The notes under the pieces were generated by a model, which worked only from the letters and a program-made list of their open reading frames with translations, was not told where the DNA came from and made no database searches. Shown here piece after piece: positions 44,714-56,187 of a stretch of DNA of 64,000 nt. The translations under genes were made by a program, and so were the position numbers. Within the stretch, counting starts at the first letter, position 1; each line of letters opens with the position of its first letter. Origin of the DNA: an uncultured Chloroflexia bacterium (lineage in GTDB: Bacteria > Chloroflexota > Dormibacteria > Aeolococcales > Aeolococcaceae); assembly GCA_963803165.1 (NCBI GenBank), contig CAWDLK010000003.1:42513-106512 (forward strand), in the 5' to 3' direction.

Positions 44714-46409
44714 TCAGCGGCCGACCTCGCGCACCCGCATCGCCGCCATCGCACCGCCGAAGCCGATCACCACGATGCCCGCCATCACCGCGAGCCCGGT
44801 CCAGTAGACGCCGGCGGTGAGCGGGGTGCCGTAGAGCGTGAAGAGAGAGAGGTCGAGCACCCATCCCGGCCATTGGAAGAGCGGAGCGAGGAGCGGGATG
44901 TAGAGACCGGCGACCGCGACCACCGCCAGCACCGGCACCGCCAGCCGCGGCAGGCGCGCGATGACCAGCGCGCCGAGTGCCCCGAAGCTGAGCGTCATCA
45001 TGACCAGCAGCCCGGTGGCGGTGAGCAGCGCCCCGGTGCCCAGATGGACGCCCTGGCTGGGCGCGGCGAGGCCCGTGATCAGCGAGCCGAGCGCGGCGAT
45101 CAGCAGCGCCCCGACGGTGAGCGCGGCGCAGCGCTCGGCGACCACCCGCCAGCGCGCGACCGGCTGGGCGATCTCCATCTCCAATCGCCCCCCGGCGTCC
45201 TCGCCCGCCCACCCGGAGGTCTGGGCGATGGCGTAGGCGGCGAGGATGAAGGCGGCGATGCTGAGCCAGACCGAGCTCACCACCGCGGTGGCCGCGTCAT
45301 CGGTGCCGGCGGCGTGGATGTAGCGCTCGAATCCCGGCACCGAGGTCAGCAGCTTGCCCGTGCTCCGGGCGATCGACACCACCAGGCCCGCCCCGACCAT
45401 CGTCCCCACCGTCCAGCCGGCGAGCCCCCAACGCCGCTCCCAGAGGGTGCGCAGCACCGGTCGACGGAGCAGGGGGTTGGACGAGGGCGAGTGCGTCACC
45501 TCGATCCGGGTCGAGCTCCGCCTCAGCAGCGCGGCGTGGACGTCCCGGCGCCGGAAGCCCACGGCGGCCAGGACGGCGAAGACCACGGCGATCGCGTAGA
45601 GAGCGAGGGTCGCGCCCCCGTCGAACCGTCCCCCGGGGACCACCGCGGTGGTGAGGTCGGCCAGGTGGAACGGCGAGATCATCGCCACTCCGTCGAGGCC
45701 CGGGTTGACCCGGGCGAGGGCGTCGACCACGTAGAGGGCGAGCAGCACCACCCCACCGAGCACCACCGCCCCCATGCGGGTGGTGACCAGCTGGGCGGCG
45801 GCCAGCCCGATCGCGAAGCAGGCCAGCGCGATCCCGAGCAGCGCCGCCCCCTGTCCGACCAGTGCCGGGAGCGAGACCGACGCCTTGCCGGCGGCCAGGC
45901 CGCCCGCGGTCCCGAGGGCGGTGGCCGCGACCGCCGCCAGCGCGGCCAGCCCGAAGGCCGCCGAGCGCGAGAGGAGCAGCCGCGCCCGGCCGACCGGGGT
46001 GGCGAGCCACGTCTCGGTCAGGCCGCGCTCCTCCTCGTTGCGGACCAGCCCGGCGGCGGCGGCGAGCCCCCAGGTCGCGAAGACGAGGGTCAGCCAGGTG
46101 AGTCCCTTCCACCACGTGTACCCGGCGACGGTGTCGGGCCGGATCGGGAGCGGGATGAGATAGGCGAGCTGCGGACCGAGGGCGGCGGTCTGGCGGCCGA
46201 AGCTCTCGCGCAGCGCCGGGGTGCCGGCCGCCGCGAGGTAGGAGGCGGCTGACGAATACGGCGAGATGAAGCCGAGGAGGGCCACGCCGGTGAGCGGCCA
46301 GCGGTGGATGCGCAGCCCGTAGCGCAAAAGGGTGGTCAGGCCCTTCCGGCCGGCGCCCGAGCCCGGCCCCTCCCGTGCGCTCAGAGAGAGCGCCGGAGCG
46401 GCGCTCACC
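44714..46409 (-). CDS. ABC-2 family transporter permease (duplicated 6-TM halves); GTG start overlapping upstream ATPase stop
   Basis: Two homologous halves each starting LLR(Y/R)..LR..W; the track ORF (783 aa) carries a ~220-codon RP/RG-rich N-terminal artefact overlapping the ATPase gene in another frame; start placed at the GTG at 46409 (GTGA overlap). Confidence 0.65.
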
Positions 46410-47328
46410 GAGGTGCCCCGGGGGCCACCGCCTCCACCTCCGGCTCCTCGCGAAAGTAGGCGAGGAACACCTCCTCCAGGCTGGGCTCGTGGGTCACCAG
46501 GTTGAGCACCTGCGCCCGGCCCAGCGCCGCGAGCAGCGGACCGAAGCCGCCGCGCACCGAGCAGCTCAGGTGGTGGTCCTCCACGGTGACCTGCTCCACC
46601 CCGGAGAGCGCGCGAATCGCCTCCAGCGGCACCGTCCCCGCGAAGTCCGCCTCCAGGCGGTGGTAGCGGAGGTGGTGCAGCTCGTCGAGCCGGGCCACCT
46701 GCACCAGGCGACCCCGGCGCAGGATGCCGACTCGCTGGCAGACGCGCTCCACCTCGGAGAGGACGTGCGAGGAGAGGAAGACGGTGGCACCCTCCGCCCC
46801 GGCCTCGGCGACCATGCCGTAGAACTCCTGCTGGATCAGCGGGTCGAGCCCATTGGTCGGCTCGTCCAGCACCAGGAGCCGCGACGGGTGCATGAAGGCG
46901 AGCACCAGCCCGAGCTTGCGCTTGTTCCCCGACGAGTACTCCCGGTAGCGGCGGCCGAGGTCGAGGTCGAGGCGCTCGGCGAGGCGGCTCACCCGCGAGG
47001 GATCGGCGCCGCCGCGCAGGCCGCCGACGTAGGCGACCACGTCCCGGCCGCGGAGACCGCCCCACTGGGGCATCTCGCCGGGAAGGTAGCCGACCAGACG
47101 CTTGACGTCCACGGGGTCCGCCTGGCAGTCGACCCCGAAGACGTGGGCGCGACCCCGCGACGGACGGATCAGGTCCATCAGCAGCCGGATGGTGGTCGTC
47201 TTGCCGGCGCCGTTGGGACCGAGGTAGCCGAAGATCTCGCCGTCCGCCACCTCGAGGTCCAGGCCGAAGAGGCCCCGCTGCTCCCCGTAATCCTTGGTCA
47301 GCCCCTCGGTGCTGATCGCCGTGGCCAT
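46405..47328 (-). CDS. ABC transporter ATP-binding protein (ABC-2/DrrA type)
   Basis: Walker A GPNGAGKTT, signature YSSGNKRKLGL, Walker B LLVLDEPTNGLD. Confidence 0.9.
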   Translation of the reverse strand: MATAISTEGLTKDYGEQRGLFGLDLEVADGEIFGYLGPNGAGKTTTIRLLMDLIRPSRGRAHVFGVDCQADPVDVKRLVGYLPGEMPQWGGLRGRDVVAYVGGLRGGADPSRVSRLAERLDLDLGRRYREYSSGNKRKLGLVLAFMHPSRLLVLDEPTNGLDPLIQQEFYGMVAEAGAEGATVFLSSHVLSEVERVCQRVGILRRGRLVQVARLDELHHLRYHRLEADFAGTVPLEAIRALSGVEQVTVEDHHLSCSVRGGFGPLLAALGRAQVLNLVTHEPSLEEVFLAYFREEPEVEAVAPGAPR

Positions 47329-47361
47329 GCTCGCCTACCTCCGGGTGTCCGTTCCGTACCG

Positions 47362-48090
47362 TCAGTCGAACCAGAGCCGCATGGTGGAGAGGTCCATGAG
47401 GCGCAGCGTCCCGGAGCGGATGCCCAGGATCCGCCCCACGGCGTCCGTGTAGCCGGCGATGGTGGTCTCCACGACCTCGAACGGGATGCTGCCCGCTCTG
47501 CGGGCGAGGAAGAGCTCGATGGCCAGCTCCTGGGCGCCGAGCATCAGGGACACCACGGCGCGGGCGGCGCCCTCCGCGGACGCTGTCGACATCAGCCCCT
47601 CCGCATTCCCCTGCTCGACGATGCGGGCCAGCAGGGGCACCAGTGAGCGCACCGTGCTCCGGCGCAGCTTCTCGCGCGCGATGGCGTTGTCATCCGAGTT
47701 CCAGATCTCGATGAGCGCCAGCATCAGCTCCCGGCGCTCGCCCTTCCAGCCCGCGATCCCGCCGAAGAGCCGCTCGAGCTTCTCGACGGCGGAGAGCTTG
47801 GGATCGGAGACCACCGGCGCCACCGCCACCAGGGCCATCTCCACCACGCGGTCCTCGGCGGCCTCGAGCAGGGCCAGCTTGGAGTCGAAGTAGTAGTAGA
47901 AGGCGCCGCGCGAGGCATCGACCGCGTCCAGGACATCCTGGACGCTCATCCTCTCGTAGCCCTTGGTCTGGATGAGGTGCAGGGCCGCGTCCACGAACGC
48001 CTCGCGCCGGACGTTCCGGGCCTCCACGTTCACGGTGCGGGGCACACCGCGCCTCCAATAACCGACCGACTGACGGTCTAAGATTAGCAA
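47362..48090 (-). CDS. TetR/AcrR family transcriptional regulator
   Basis: N-terminal HTH RREAFVDAALHLIQTKGYERMSVQDVLDAVDASRGAFYYYFDSK; upstream of the ABC-2 pair on the same strand. Confidence 0.8.
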   Translation of the reverse strand: MLILDRQSVGYWRRGVPRTVNVEARNVRREAFVDAALHLIQTKGYERMSVQDVLDAVDASRGAFYYYFDSKLALLEAAEDRVVEMALVAVAPVVSDPKLSAVEKLERLFGGIAGWKGERRELMLALIEIWNSDDNAIAREKLRRSTVRSLVPLLARIVEQGNAEGLMSTASAEGAARAVVSLMLGAQELAIELFLARRAGSIPFEVVETTIAGYTDAVGRILGIRSGTLRLMDLSTMRLWFD

Positions 48091-48184
48091 GCGAGGTGGT
48101 TCGCGTCAAGCAGGGCACCACCCTGGACCCGCCGCTCGCCCAGGCTGGTAAGTCACCTTGACACCCACCCACCGGTAAGGTAGC

Positions 48185-48862
48185 TTGACAAACGTGACCG
48201 GCCACACCCAGAACGGGTCGATGGCCGCGGACGTCGACCGCCAGGTGATGGCCCGCATGGCTCAGGCCAACGCGGAGCTGCTGGTCCAGGTGCTCCGCGG
48301 CGAGGAGACGGTGGAGGGAGACCCGGTCATGGTCGCCCTGGCGGCGGCGCGCAGCCTCGGGGTGGTGGTCGAGGACATCCTGCGCGGGCTGGTGATCCGG
48401 GCTCGCGGCGCACGGCGGACCTGGGCCGAGATCGGCGAGGTACTCCACGTCACCCGCCAGGCCGCGCTGCAGCGCTTCGGGGGCGCCGTGGCCGGGTCCG
48501 AGACCTCCGACGCATCGGTCGAGCCCCTCCCCGGGGCGGCCGGCAAGGCGGCCGAGCTCCTCGACCACTTCCTCAACCGTCGCTGGGACGAGCTGAGGGC
48601 ACAGTTCAACCAGCGCATGCTGGACGTGGCCTCGGTCGCGCTGCTGGCCTCGGTGCGGGGCCGGCTGCCGGCCACCCTCGACTCCCCCGCCGGCGCATCG
48701 CCGCCACTGGTGACCCGGCTCGGGGAGCACACGGTCGTCGACGTCCCGCTCACCTTCCGGCGCGGATTGGGGCGCGTGCGCGTGACCGGACGGGTGGTGT
48801 TCGACGATGCGGCCCAGGTGGCGGGCTTCTTTGTGCTCCCGCGGACCCACCCGGCAGCGTGA
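48185..48862 (+). CDS. hypothetical protein
   Basis: 225 aa coherent ORF, divergent from the TetR gene; no motif recognised. Confidence 0.45.
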   Translation: MTNVTGHTQNGSMAADVDRQVMARMAQANAELLVQVLRGEETVEGDPVMVALAAARSLGVVVEDILRGLVIRARGARRTWAEIGEVLHVTRQAALQRFGGAVAGSETSDASVEPLPGAAGKAAELLDHFLNRRWDELRAQFNQRMLDVASVALLASVRGRLPATLDSPAGASPPLVTRLGEHTVVDVPLTFRRGLGRVRVTGRVVFDDAAQVAGFFVLPRTHPAA

Positions 48863-48884
48863 CGGCACGAGGAGGGGCGGTCGG

Positions 48885-50137
<1,253 letters not shown>

Positions 50138-50141
<4 letters not shown>

Positions 50142-50953
50142 GGCTCGACCGCGGTCGCCTGCTCGCCGTGGTCCGCAAGGAGTTCCGGGTGCTGGTCCGG
50201 AACCGCTTCATCATCGGGACGATGACCGTGCTCCCGGTGGTGTTTCTCCTCACCCCCATGATCGAGATCTTCCGGCTCAGCGGAGTCCCGGCCGTCATAG
50301 TGCAGCGATTTGCGGGGAGCACCTTCCTCCTCCTCCTCGTCGTCCCGGTGGTGGTGCCGGCCGCCATCGCCGCCTACTCGGTGGTCGGGGAGCGCGAGCA
50401 GGGGACCCTCGAACCGCTGCTCACCACGCCGCTCCGCCGCGAGGAGCTCCTCCTCGGCAAGGCGATCGCCGCCATCGTTCCCTCGGTCGGCATCGCCTAC
50501 GTGCTCTTCGCGGTGGTGGATGGCTGCGCCCAGCTCTTCGCCTCCGACCCCGCGGTGGCGGCGGCGCTGGTGCAGAGCTCGCAGCTCCTGGGCGAGCTCC
50601 TCTTCGCGCCGCTGCTCGCCGGCTGGTCGATCTGGGTGGGCATCGCGGTCTCGACGCGGGCGAGCGACGTCCGGGTGGCCCAGCAGCTGGGCACCCTGGC
50701 CAGCCTGCCGCCGCTCGGGGTGGTCGCGCTCATCGACCTCCAGGTGCTGACCCCGAGCATCACCCTCGCCCTGGCGTTCGCCCTCGCCCTGCTGGTCGCC
50801 GACCTCGTCATGTTCAGCATCGTCTCGGCGATGTTCGACCGGGAGCGGCTGCTCACCGGGGCACGGGCCCAGCGAGCCACCGGGCACGGCGGCGGCGACC
50901 GCTCGCGCCTCCCGGTTCGGCGGATCCCCCGCAGCGGCGGCACCGGGGAGTGA
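50138..50953 (+). CDS. ABC-2 family transporter permease
   Basis: ATGA overlap with the upstream ATPase; six hydrophobic segments; RLLAVVRKEFRVLVRNRF N-terminus typical of ABC-2 permeases. Confidence 0.75.
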
Positions 50954-51076
50954 GCTGCGGCGACACCGAGGTCGACGCGACGGTGGGCGTCCGGGTCTTC
51001 GGCGGCAATCAGGAACGCTGAGGCTGCGCGCGGCGGGCTCGCCGAAAGGTCGGGGTCTCCGCCCCCTGCCCTACAC

Positions 51077-52354
51077 CTAGGCGCGCTCGATGAGCGTCTG
51101 ACCGTTCGCGGACGACACGATGCCGGCCTCGCCGGCGGCCCAGCAATGGCCGTCGCTCATGCAGGTCATCCCCGACAGCACCGCGCCACCCGCATTGCCG
51201 GGCGGGGCGGCGTCGGAGACGATGGTCCACCCGGATCCCGCGTTCTGCTCGATCAGCGCCGCCGTGTCGAAGCTCTCGTCGCCCGAGAATCCGACGGCCC
51301 AGCAGTCGTCGACGCTGGCGCAGCTCACCCCGCTGAGCGCGCTCTGGGTGCTGCCCGGCGGTATGGGGCTCGGCACGATGCGCCACCCGGCCCCGGTGTC
51401 CTGCTCGATCAGCGTGGGACCGCCGTAGTTGACGTCGCCCCAACCGCCGACCGCCCAGCAATCCTCCGCGCCGGCGCAGCTGATGCTCTCGAGCGCGCTC
51501 TCCACGCTGCCCGGGGGGAGAGGGCTCGAGACGACCGTCCACCCGTGGCCCGTGTACTGCTCGATCAGTCCCTGATTGTCCGAGCCGTCCGCGGTCAGGT
51601 AGGCGCCCACAGCCCAGCAGTCATCCGCGCTCACGCAGGTCACGGCGGCCAGCTCGTCGGTGGCACCGGCGGAGGCGCTCGGGCTCGGGACGATCTTCCA
51701 GCCACTGCCGGTGTACTGCTCGATCACCGTGCCCACCCCCGAAGAATTGGGCCCCGAAGCGTCGGAGTAGCCCACCGCCCAGCAGTCGTCGGCACCGACG
51801 CAGGCAACGCCGTCGAGGTCGATCTCCCCATCGCCCGCTGGAGTGGGGCTGGAGACGACGCTCCAGGCGCCGTCCGCGTAGTGCTCGATCAGGGTGTGGC
51901 CGGCGCCGCTCGCGTCGGAGTAGCGCCCGACCGCCCAGCAGTCCCCGTCGCCGGCGCAGGCCATCGCCTGGACCTGGCTTGACGTGCTGCCCGGAACCGC
52001 GGGGCTCCCCACGATGCTCCAGCCGCTCCCGGTGTCGTGCTCAAAGAGGGTCCGGTCATCGCTCTCGGTGCCGGTGGAATTCCAGTAACCGAGCGCCCAG
52101 CAATCGTCGGCGCCGACACAGGTCAGCCCGTCGAGCGACGCACCGATGCTGCCGGGAGGATCGGGACTGGGGACGGCGGCCCAGGAGACCGGCCCGATCA
52201 CGGCCGCGCTGGGCGTCCCACGCGGGGAGACGCCGGCGCTGGCCGGGCTCGTGGGGGTCCCGGCGCCCTGGGACGGGCCGCAGCCATAGCCGAGGATCAC
52301 CAGACCAAGCGCTGCCGCAGCGCACCACGCACGGTCAACCCGCGGTCCCCTCAT
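51077..52354 (-). CDS. secreted/lipoprotein tandem-repeat protein (about nine ~45-aa repeats with conserved DDCWAVG and IEQYTGSGW motifs), unknown function
   Basis: Signal peptide and LGYGCGPS lipobox-like; repeats GADDCWALGY, GDGDCWAVGRY, GADDCWAVGYS, SADDCWAVGAY, GAEDCWAVGGW, SVDDCWAVGFS, SDGHCWAAGEA each preceded by (L/T)IE(Q/H)(Y/D)TG(S/A)GW. Confidence 0.65.
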   Translation of the reverse strand: MRGPRVDRAWCAAAALGLVILGYGCGPSQGAGTPTSPASAGVSPRGTPSAAVIGPVSWAAVPSPDPPGSIGASLDGLTCVGADDCWALGYWNSTGTESDDRTLFEHDTGSGWSIVGSPAVPGSTSSQVQAMACAGDGDCWAVGRYSDASGAGHTLIEHYADGAWSVVSSPTPAGDGEIDLDGVACVGADDCWAVGYSDASGPNSSGVGTVIEQYTGSGWKIVPSPSASAGATDELAAVTCVSADDCWAVGAYLTADGSDNQGLIEQYTGHGWTVVSSPLPPGSVESALESISCAGAEDCWAVGGWGDVNYGGPTLIEQDTGAGWRIVPSPIPPGSTQSALSGVSCASVDDCWAVGFSGDESFDTAALIEQNAGSGWTIVSDAAPPGNAGGAVLSGMTCMSDGHCWAAGEAGIVSSANGQTLIERA

Positions 52355-52446
52355 CGCCGGCACCCCCACGTCCCGACCATCCGCCCGGTATCCGGGACCT
52401 CGAATATACGAGGGGGGGCCTCACCCACGGCGACGAGGCGCCGGCC

Positions 52447-52965
52447 TCAGGGGGCGGCCGGGATGGAGACGCCCACGCCGCCGCGGGTCGTGCCGCCGAA
52501 GCGCGACTTCTCGACGGCGATGTCGAGCGGGGCCATGCGAGCCCGCATCTCCTCGGTGATCAGGCCCGCGGGCACCAGCCAGGAGACCTCGAACTCGAGC
52601 CCGTCGGGGTCCTGGGCGTAGAGGGCCTTGGTGGTGCCGTGGTCGGTCGATCCCACCAGGGCGCCGCGCTCGGCGAGGCGGGCGGAGATGCGCTCCAACT
52701 CGTCCAGGGTGTCGACCTCCCAGGCGATGTGGTACAGGCCGACGGTGCTCCGGCCCGCGCCCGAGGGAGCGGCCCCCTGGCCGATGGTGAACAGCCCGAG
52801 ATCGTGGTCATTGCTGCTGGCCGGCGCCTGCAGGAAGACCGCCCTCCCCCCCGACATCTCGAAGACGACCCGGAAGTCGAGGACCTCGCGATAGAAGGCG
52901 GCGGTCCGGGTGGCGTCCCGGACGTAGAGGACAGCGTGGTTCATCCGCGTGACGGGCATGGGCAC
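52447..52965 (-). CDS. VOC family protein (glyoxalase/bleomycin-resistance/extradiol dioxygenase fold)
   Basis: MNHAVLYVRDATRTAAFYREVLDF... and HIAWEVDTLDE paired beta-alpha-beta-beta-beta modules. Confidence 0.8.
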   Translation of the reverse strand: MPMPVTRMNHAVLYVRDATRTAAFYREVLDFRVVFEMSGGRAVFLQAPASSNDHDLGLFTIGQGAAPSGAGRSTVGLYHIAWEVDTLDELERISARLAERGALVGSTDHGTTKALYAQDPDGLEFEVSWLVPAGLITEEMRARMAPLDIAVEKSRFGGTTRGGVGVSIPAAP

Positions 52966-53049
52966 CTCCCATCGAATGGGTCCTGTGTGGCGGTGCCACC
53001 CAGCATAGAAACCCGGGCCGCTCCGGCGGCGCGGGGCTGAGCCGAGGCC

Positions 53050-53406
53050 TCAGGTGCCGGCCGGCAGGGGCCGGAGCACGCAGAACTCGTTGTCCTCCGG
53101 GTCGGCCATCACCGCCCAGGTGACCTCACCCTGGCCGATGTCCTTCTCGCGCGCGCCCAGCCCGGTCAGGCGAGCCACCTCGGCCGCCTGGTCGTCGGGC
53201 CGGAGGTCGAGGTGAAGCCGGTTCTTCGCAACCTTGGCGTCAGGAACCGTCTGGAAGAGGAGGTCTGGCACCCCCTCGCCGAGCTCCACCCACCAGTCAC
53301 CCTCCCCGTTCCCCTGCAGCTGCGTCTCGAAGACCGCGCTCCAGAAGCGCCCGACTCGCTCGGCGTCGTGGCAGTCGACCACCACGCACTGCCAGCGCAC
53401 CGCCAT
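53050..53406 (-). CDS. VOC/glyoxalase-like domain protein (start at internal Met; 1-nt TGATG overlap with upstream cupin gene)
   Basis: MAVRWQCVVVDCHDAERVGRFWSAVFE...NRLHLDLRPDD...EFCVL; the upstream part of the track ORF is Arg/Pro-rich and overlaps the cupin gene. Confidence 0.65.
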   Translation of the reverse strand: MAVRWQCVVVDCHDAERVGRFWSAVFETQLQGNGEGDWWVELGEGVPDLLFQTVPDAKVAKNRLHLDLRPDDQAAEVARLTGLGAREKDIGQGEVTWAVMADPEDNEFCVLRPLPAGT

Positions 53407-53822
53407 CAGCCGGCGGAGGGGGTGGGGGGGTACTCGGCGTCTCCGACCTGCTCCTCCCAGTGCGTGCCCGGCTGCTGGATGGCGAGGTGGGCCAGCGGGT
53501 GATCGGCGGTAGCCCCGTGCCAGTGCCGCTCGCCGGGACCCGTCCACACGGTGTCGCCGGTCCCGATCCCCTCGGCCTCGCCACCGTCGCTCTGGACCCA
53601 GCCCTCACCCTCCAGGACGTGGAGCAGCTGCCCGCCCGGGTGACTGTGCCAGGCGGTCCGGGCTCCCGGCACGAAACGCACCCGGATCATCTGCACCCCT
53701 CCCGGCTCGCGCGCCGGCGCCAGCTCGGTCATGGTCACCTCGCCGGTGAACCAATCCGCCCGTCCCGGCTGCCCGCGGCCGCCTGTGCGCGTGATCTCCA
53801 TGGCGATGCCTCCCGTCGTCAC
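53406..53822 (-). CDS. cupin domain protein
   Basis: Cupin motif 1 AWHSHPGGQLLHVLEGEG and motif 2 GDTVWTGPGERHWHGA. Confidence 0.7.
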   Translation of the reverse strand: MTTGGIAMEITRTGGRGQPGRADWFTGEVTMTELAPAREPGGVQMIRVRFVPGARTAWHSHPGGQLLHVLEGEGWVQSDGGEAEGIGTGDTVWTGPGERHWHGATADHPLAHLAIQQPGTHWEEQVGDAEYPPTPSAG

Positions 53823-53894
53823 CGACTGCGCCTCCCATGTTCGCCCAACCGCCCGCGGCGCGGTGCCCCTCTCTGCCCTTCCCTCCCGGCGAGC

Positions 53895-56048
53895 TCAGGC
53901 GGTGGCCCCCTCCGGCTGCGCTTCCTCGATGCGATCGAGGCCGAGACGCCGGTGGAAGCCCGCGAGCCAGCTCGGCGCCCACCAGTTCCACCTCCCCAGG
54001 ATCGCCATCAGCGAGGGGACCAGCAGGGCGCGGACCACGCTGACGTCGATCAGCACCGCCAGCGCCGCCCCCAACCCGATCTCCTTGAGCACCAGGGTGC
54101 TGGAGAGGACCAGGGCCCCGACCGCGATGCAGAAGAGGACCGCGGCCGAGGTCACCACCCGCCCCACCCGCTGCAGACCCAGGGCCACCGCGTCACGCGT
54201 ACGCAGCCCGGAGAGGTACCCCTCGCGGATGCGCCCGAGGAGGAAGACGCCGTAGTCCGTCGACAGGCCGAAGGCTAGGGCGCCGACCAGCACCGGCGTC
54301 TCGATGTTCACCCCTCCGTCCGAGGTGAAGCCCAGCACCCCGGAGAGGAATCCGTGCTGGAAGACCAGCACCAGCAGCCCCAGGGTGGCGCCGAGGGTGA
54401 GCGTGTTCATCAGCAGCGCCTTGACCGGGAGCACCACGGAGCCGGTCATCAGGAAGAGGATGACCAGGGTGGTGATCGCCAGCAGCACGGCGGCGTCCGG
54501 CAGGTGGGCGGCAAGGGTGGACTCCTCGTCGGCGAAGTCCGCCGTGAAGCCGAAGGCGCGCACCTCCAGGCTGGTCGGGATGGCTCGCACCCGGTCCAGG
54601 GTGCTCAGGGCCGGCGTTGAGATGGCCTGGCTCTCGAGCGTGGCGTCGACCTCCCACAGACTGGAGCTGATCCGGTCGGGAGGAGCCACCGACCGCACCC
54701 CGGTGATCCGCGAGACCGCCGCGTCGTAGGCCTGCACCTGCGCGGTGACGGCGGCACCGCCGCTTACCACCAGCTCGAGCGGCGCGGCGCTGATGCCGTG
54801 GTAGGTCGCCGTGATCGCCCGGTCCACCTGGGTGGCCTGCAGGCTGGCGGGAAGCTCCTGGGTGCTGTAGCCGGTGAAGTGGACGGCCAGGGCCGGGATC
54901 CCGATCGCCAGGAGGGCCGCCGCCGCCAGCGGGGCCACCGCCATCCGCCAGCGCATGACCCAGCTGGCCAGCAATGACCAGAAGCCGCGGTCGGCGCCGC
55001 TCGGCGACGAGGCGCGGCGGCGCAGCACGGGGAACATGTCCACGCGGCGTCCCAGCAGGGCGAGGACGGCCGGGAGCAGGACCACCGCATTGAGCGTGGA
55101 GCAGAGCGTGACCATCATCCCCGCCAGCCCCATCGACGAGAAGGCCGGGATGGGGAAGAGCAGCAGGGCGCCCAGGGCGGCGGTGACCGTGGCGGCGCTG
55201 AAGAGCACCGTCCGGCCCGCCGTGGCCAGGGTCCTCTCGAGCGCGGCCGGCGCGACTCCCAGGTGCGCCATCTCCTCGCGGAAGCGGGAGACGATCAGCA
55301 GGTTGAAATCGATGGAGAGCCCGATGCCCAGCGCGTAGACCAGGTTCAGCGAGTACACCGATACCGGGGTGAGGCTGGCCGCGACCAGCAGCAGGAGGGT
55401 GGTGAGGGCGATGCTGACCAGGGCGCCGAGCAGGGGCAGCAGCGCTGACACCACGCTGCCGAAGACCACCAGGAGCAGGACCAGCAGGATCGGCAGGGCC
55501 ACCGTCTCGGCGAAGCTCAGGTCCTTGAGGCTCTGGTCGCTGGCCTGGGCGTTGAGGGCGGTGGGACCGCCGAGGAGCACCCTGCCGTCCAGGGTGGGGT
55601 CGCTGTCGATGCTGGCCTGGAGGGCGTGGGTGGCGGTGTCCTCGTCGACCGTCCGCACCGTCGCCGTCACCAGGGCGGTGCGTCCGCTGTCGGAGATCAA
55701 GGCAGGCGTGCCCAGCGACCAGGCATCGGAGACCGCAACCACCTCCGGGCGGCTGCGGAGCAGGCGGACCGCGTCGGTGACCACCGCGGGGGCGGGGTCC
55801 GCGATGCTGGCGGCCGCAGGAAGGGTGACCAGCAGCTCGTAGCCCTCGTCCGGGTCGGCCCCGGTCGCCCGGAGCAGCTCAGCCCGGGCCTGGGCGCTCG
55901 CCGACGAGGGGTCGCTGTAGTCGGAGTTGCCGTTGGTCAGCTTCCCGGAGACGACTCCCGAGAGGGCGAAGCCGAGCACGGTGAGGCTGACGATCCCGAC
56001 CAGGATGCGCCAGCGGTTGCCGATCACCAGGCGTGCCAATCGGGTCAT
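53895..56048 (-). CDS. MMPL family RND-type transporter (12 TM, two periplasmic loops)
   Basis: Start MTRLARLVIGNRWRILVGIVSLTVLGF at 56048 (the track ORF has a ~310-codon artefactual N-extension); two MMPL halves; divergent from a TetR gene. Confidence 0.85.
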   Translation of the reverse strand: MTRLARLVIGNRWRILVGIVSLTVLGFALSGVVSGKLTNGNSDYSDPSSASAQARAELLRATGADPDEGYELLVTLPAAASIADPAPAVVTDAVRLLRSRPEVVAVSDAWSLGTPALISDSGRTALVTATVRTVDEDTATHALQASIDSDPTLDGRVLLGGPTALNAQASDQSLKDLSFAETVALPILLVLLLVVFGSVVSALLPLLGALVSIALTTLLLLVAASLTPVSVYSLNLVYALGIGLSIDFNLLIVSRFREEMAHLGVAPAALERTLATAGRTVLFSAATVTAALGALLLFPIPAFSSMGLAGMMVTLCSTLNAVVLLPAVLALLGRRVDMFPVLRRRASSPSGADRGFWSLLASWVMRWRMAVAPLAAAALLAIGIPALAVHFTGYSTQELPASLQATQVDRAITATYHGISAAPLELVVSGGAAVTAQVQAYDAAVSRITGVRSVAPPDRISSSLWEVDATLESQAISTPALSTLDRVRAIPTSLEVRAFGFTADFADEESTLAAHLPDAAVLLAITTLVILFLMTGSVVLPVKALLMNTLTLGATLGLLVLVFQHGFLSGVLGFTSDGGVNIETPVLVGALAFGLSTDYGVFLLGRIREGYLSGLRTRDAVALGLQRVGRVVTSAAVLFCIAVGALVLSSTLVLKEIGLGAALAVLIDVSVVRALLVPSLMAILGRWNWWAPSWLAGFHRRLGLDRIEEAQPEGATA

Positions 56049-56115
56049 CGAAGCTTCTCCCCGTCGTTGCTGATGGCAGCCGTCCGGCCTGCCGGGCGGC
56101 GGTGTCCTGGGCTCC

Positions 56116-56158
56116 CTTACGCCGTAAGTGGCGGTCGTCGTGTACCTTACACCGTAAG
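56116..56158. promoter_or_regulatory. two copies of a 13-bp imperfect palindrome CTTAC(G/A)CCGTAAG in the TetR-MMPL intergenic region: candidate TetR operator sites
   Basis: cttacgccgtaag (56116..56128) and cttacaccgtaag (56146..56158) read directly; both lie between the divergent starts 56048 and 56188. Confidence 0.45.
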
Positions 56159-56187
56159 CAAGCCCGGCGCAAGCCGGCGGCGCAAGA

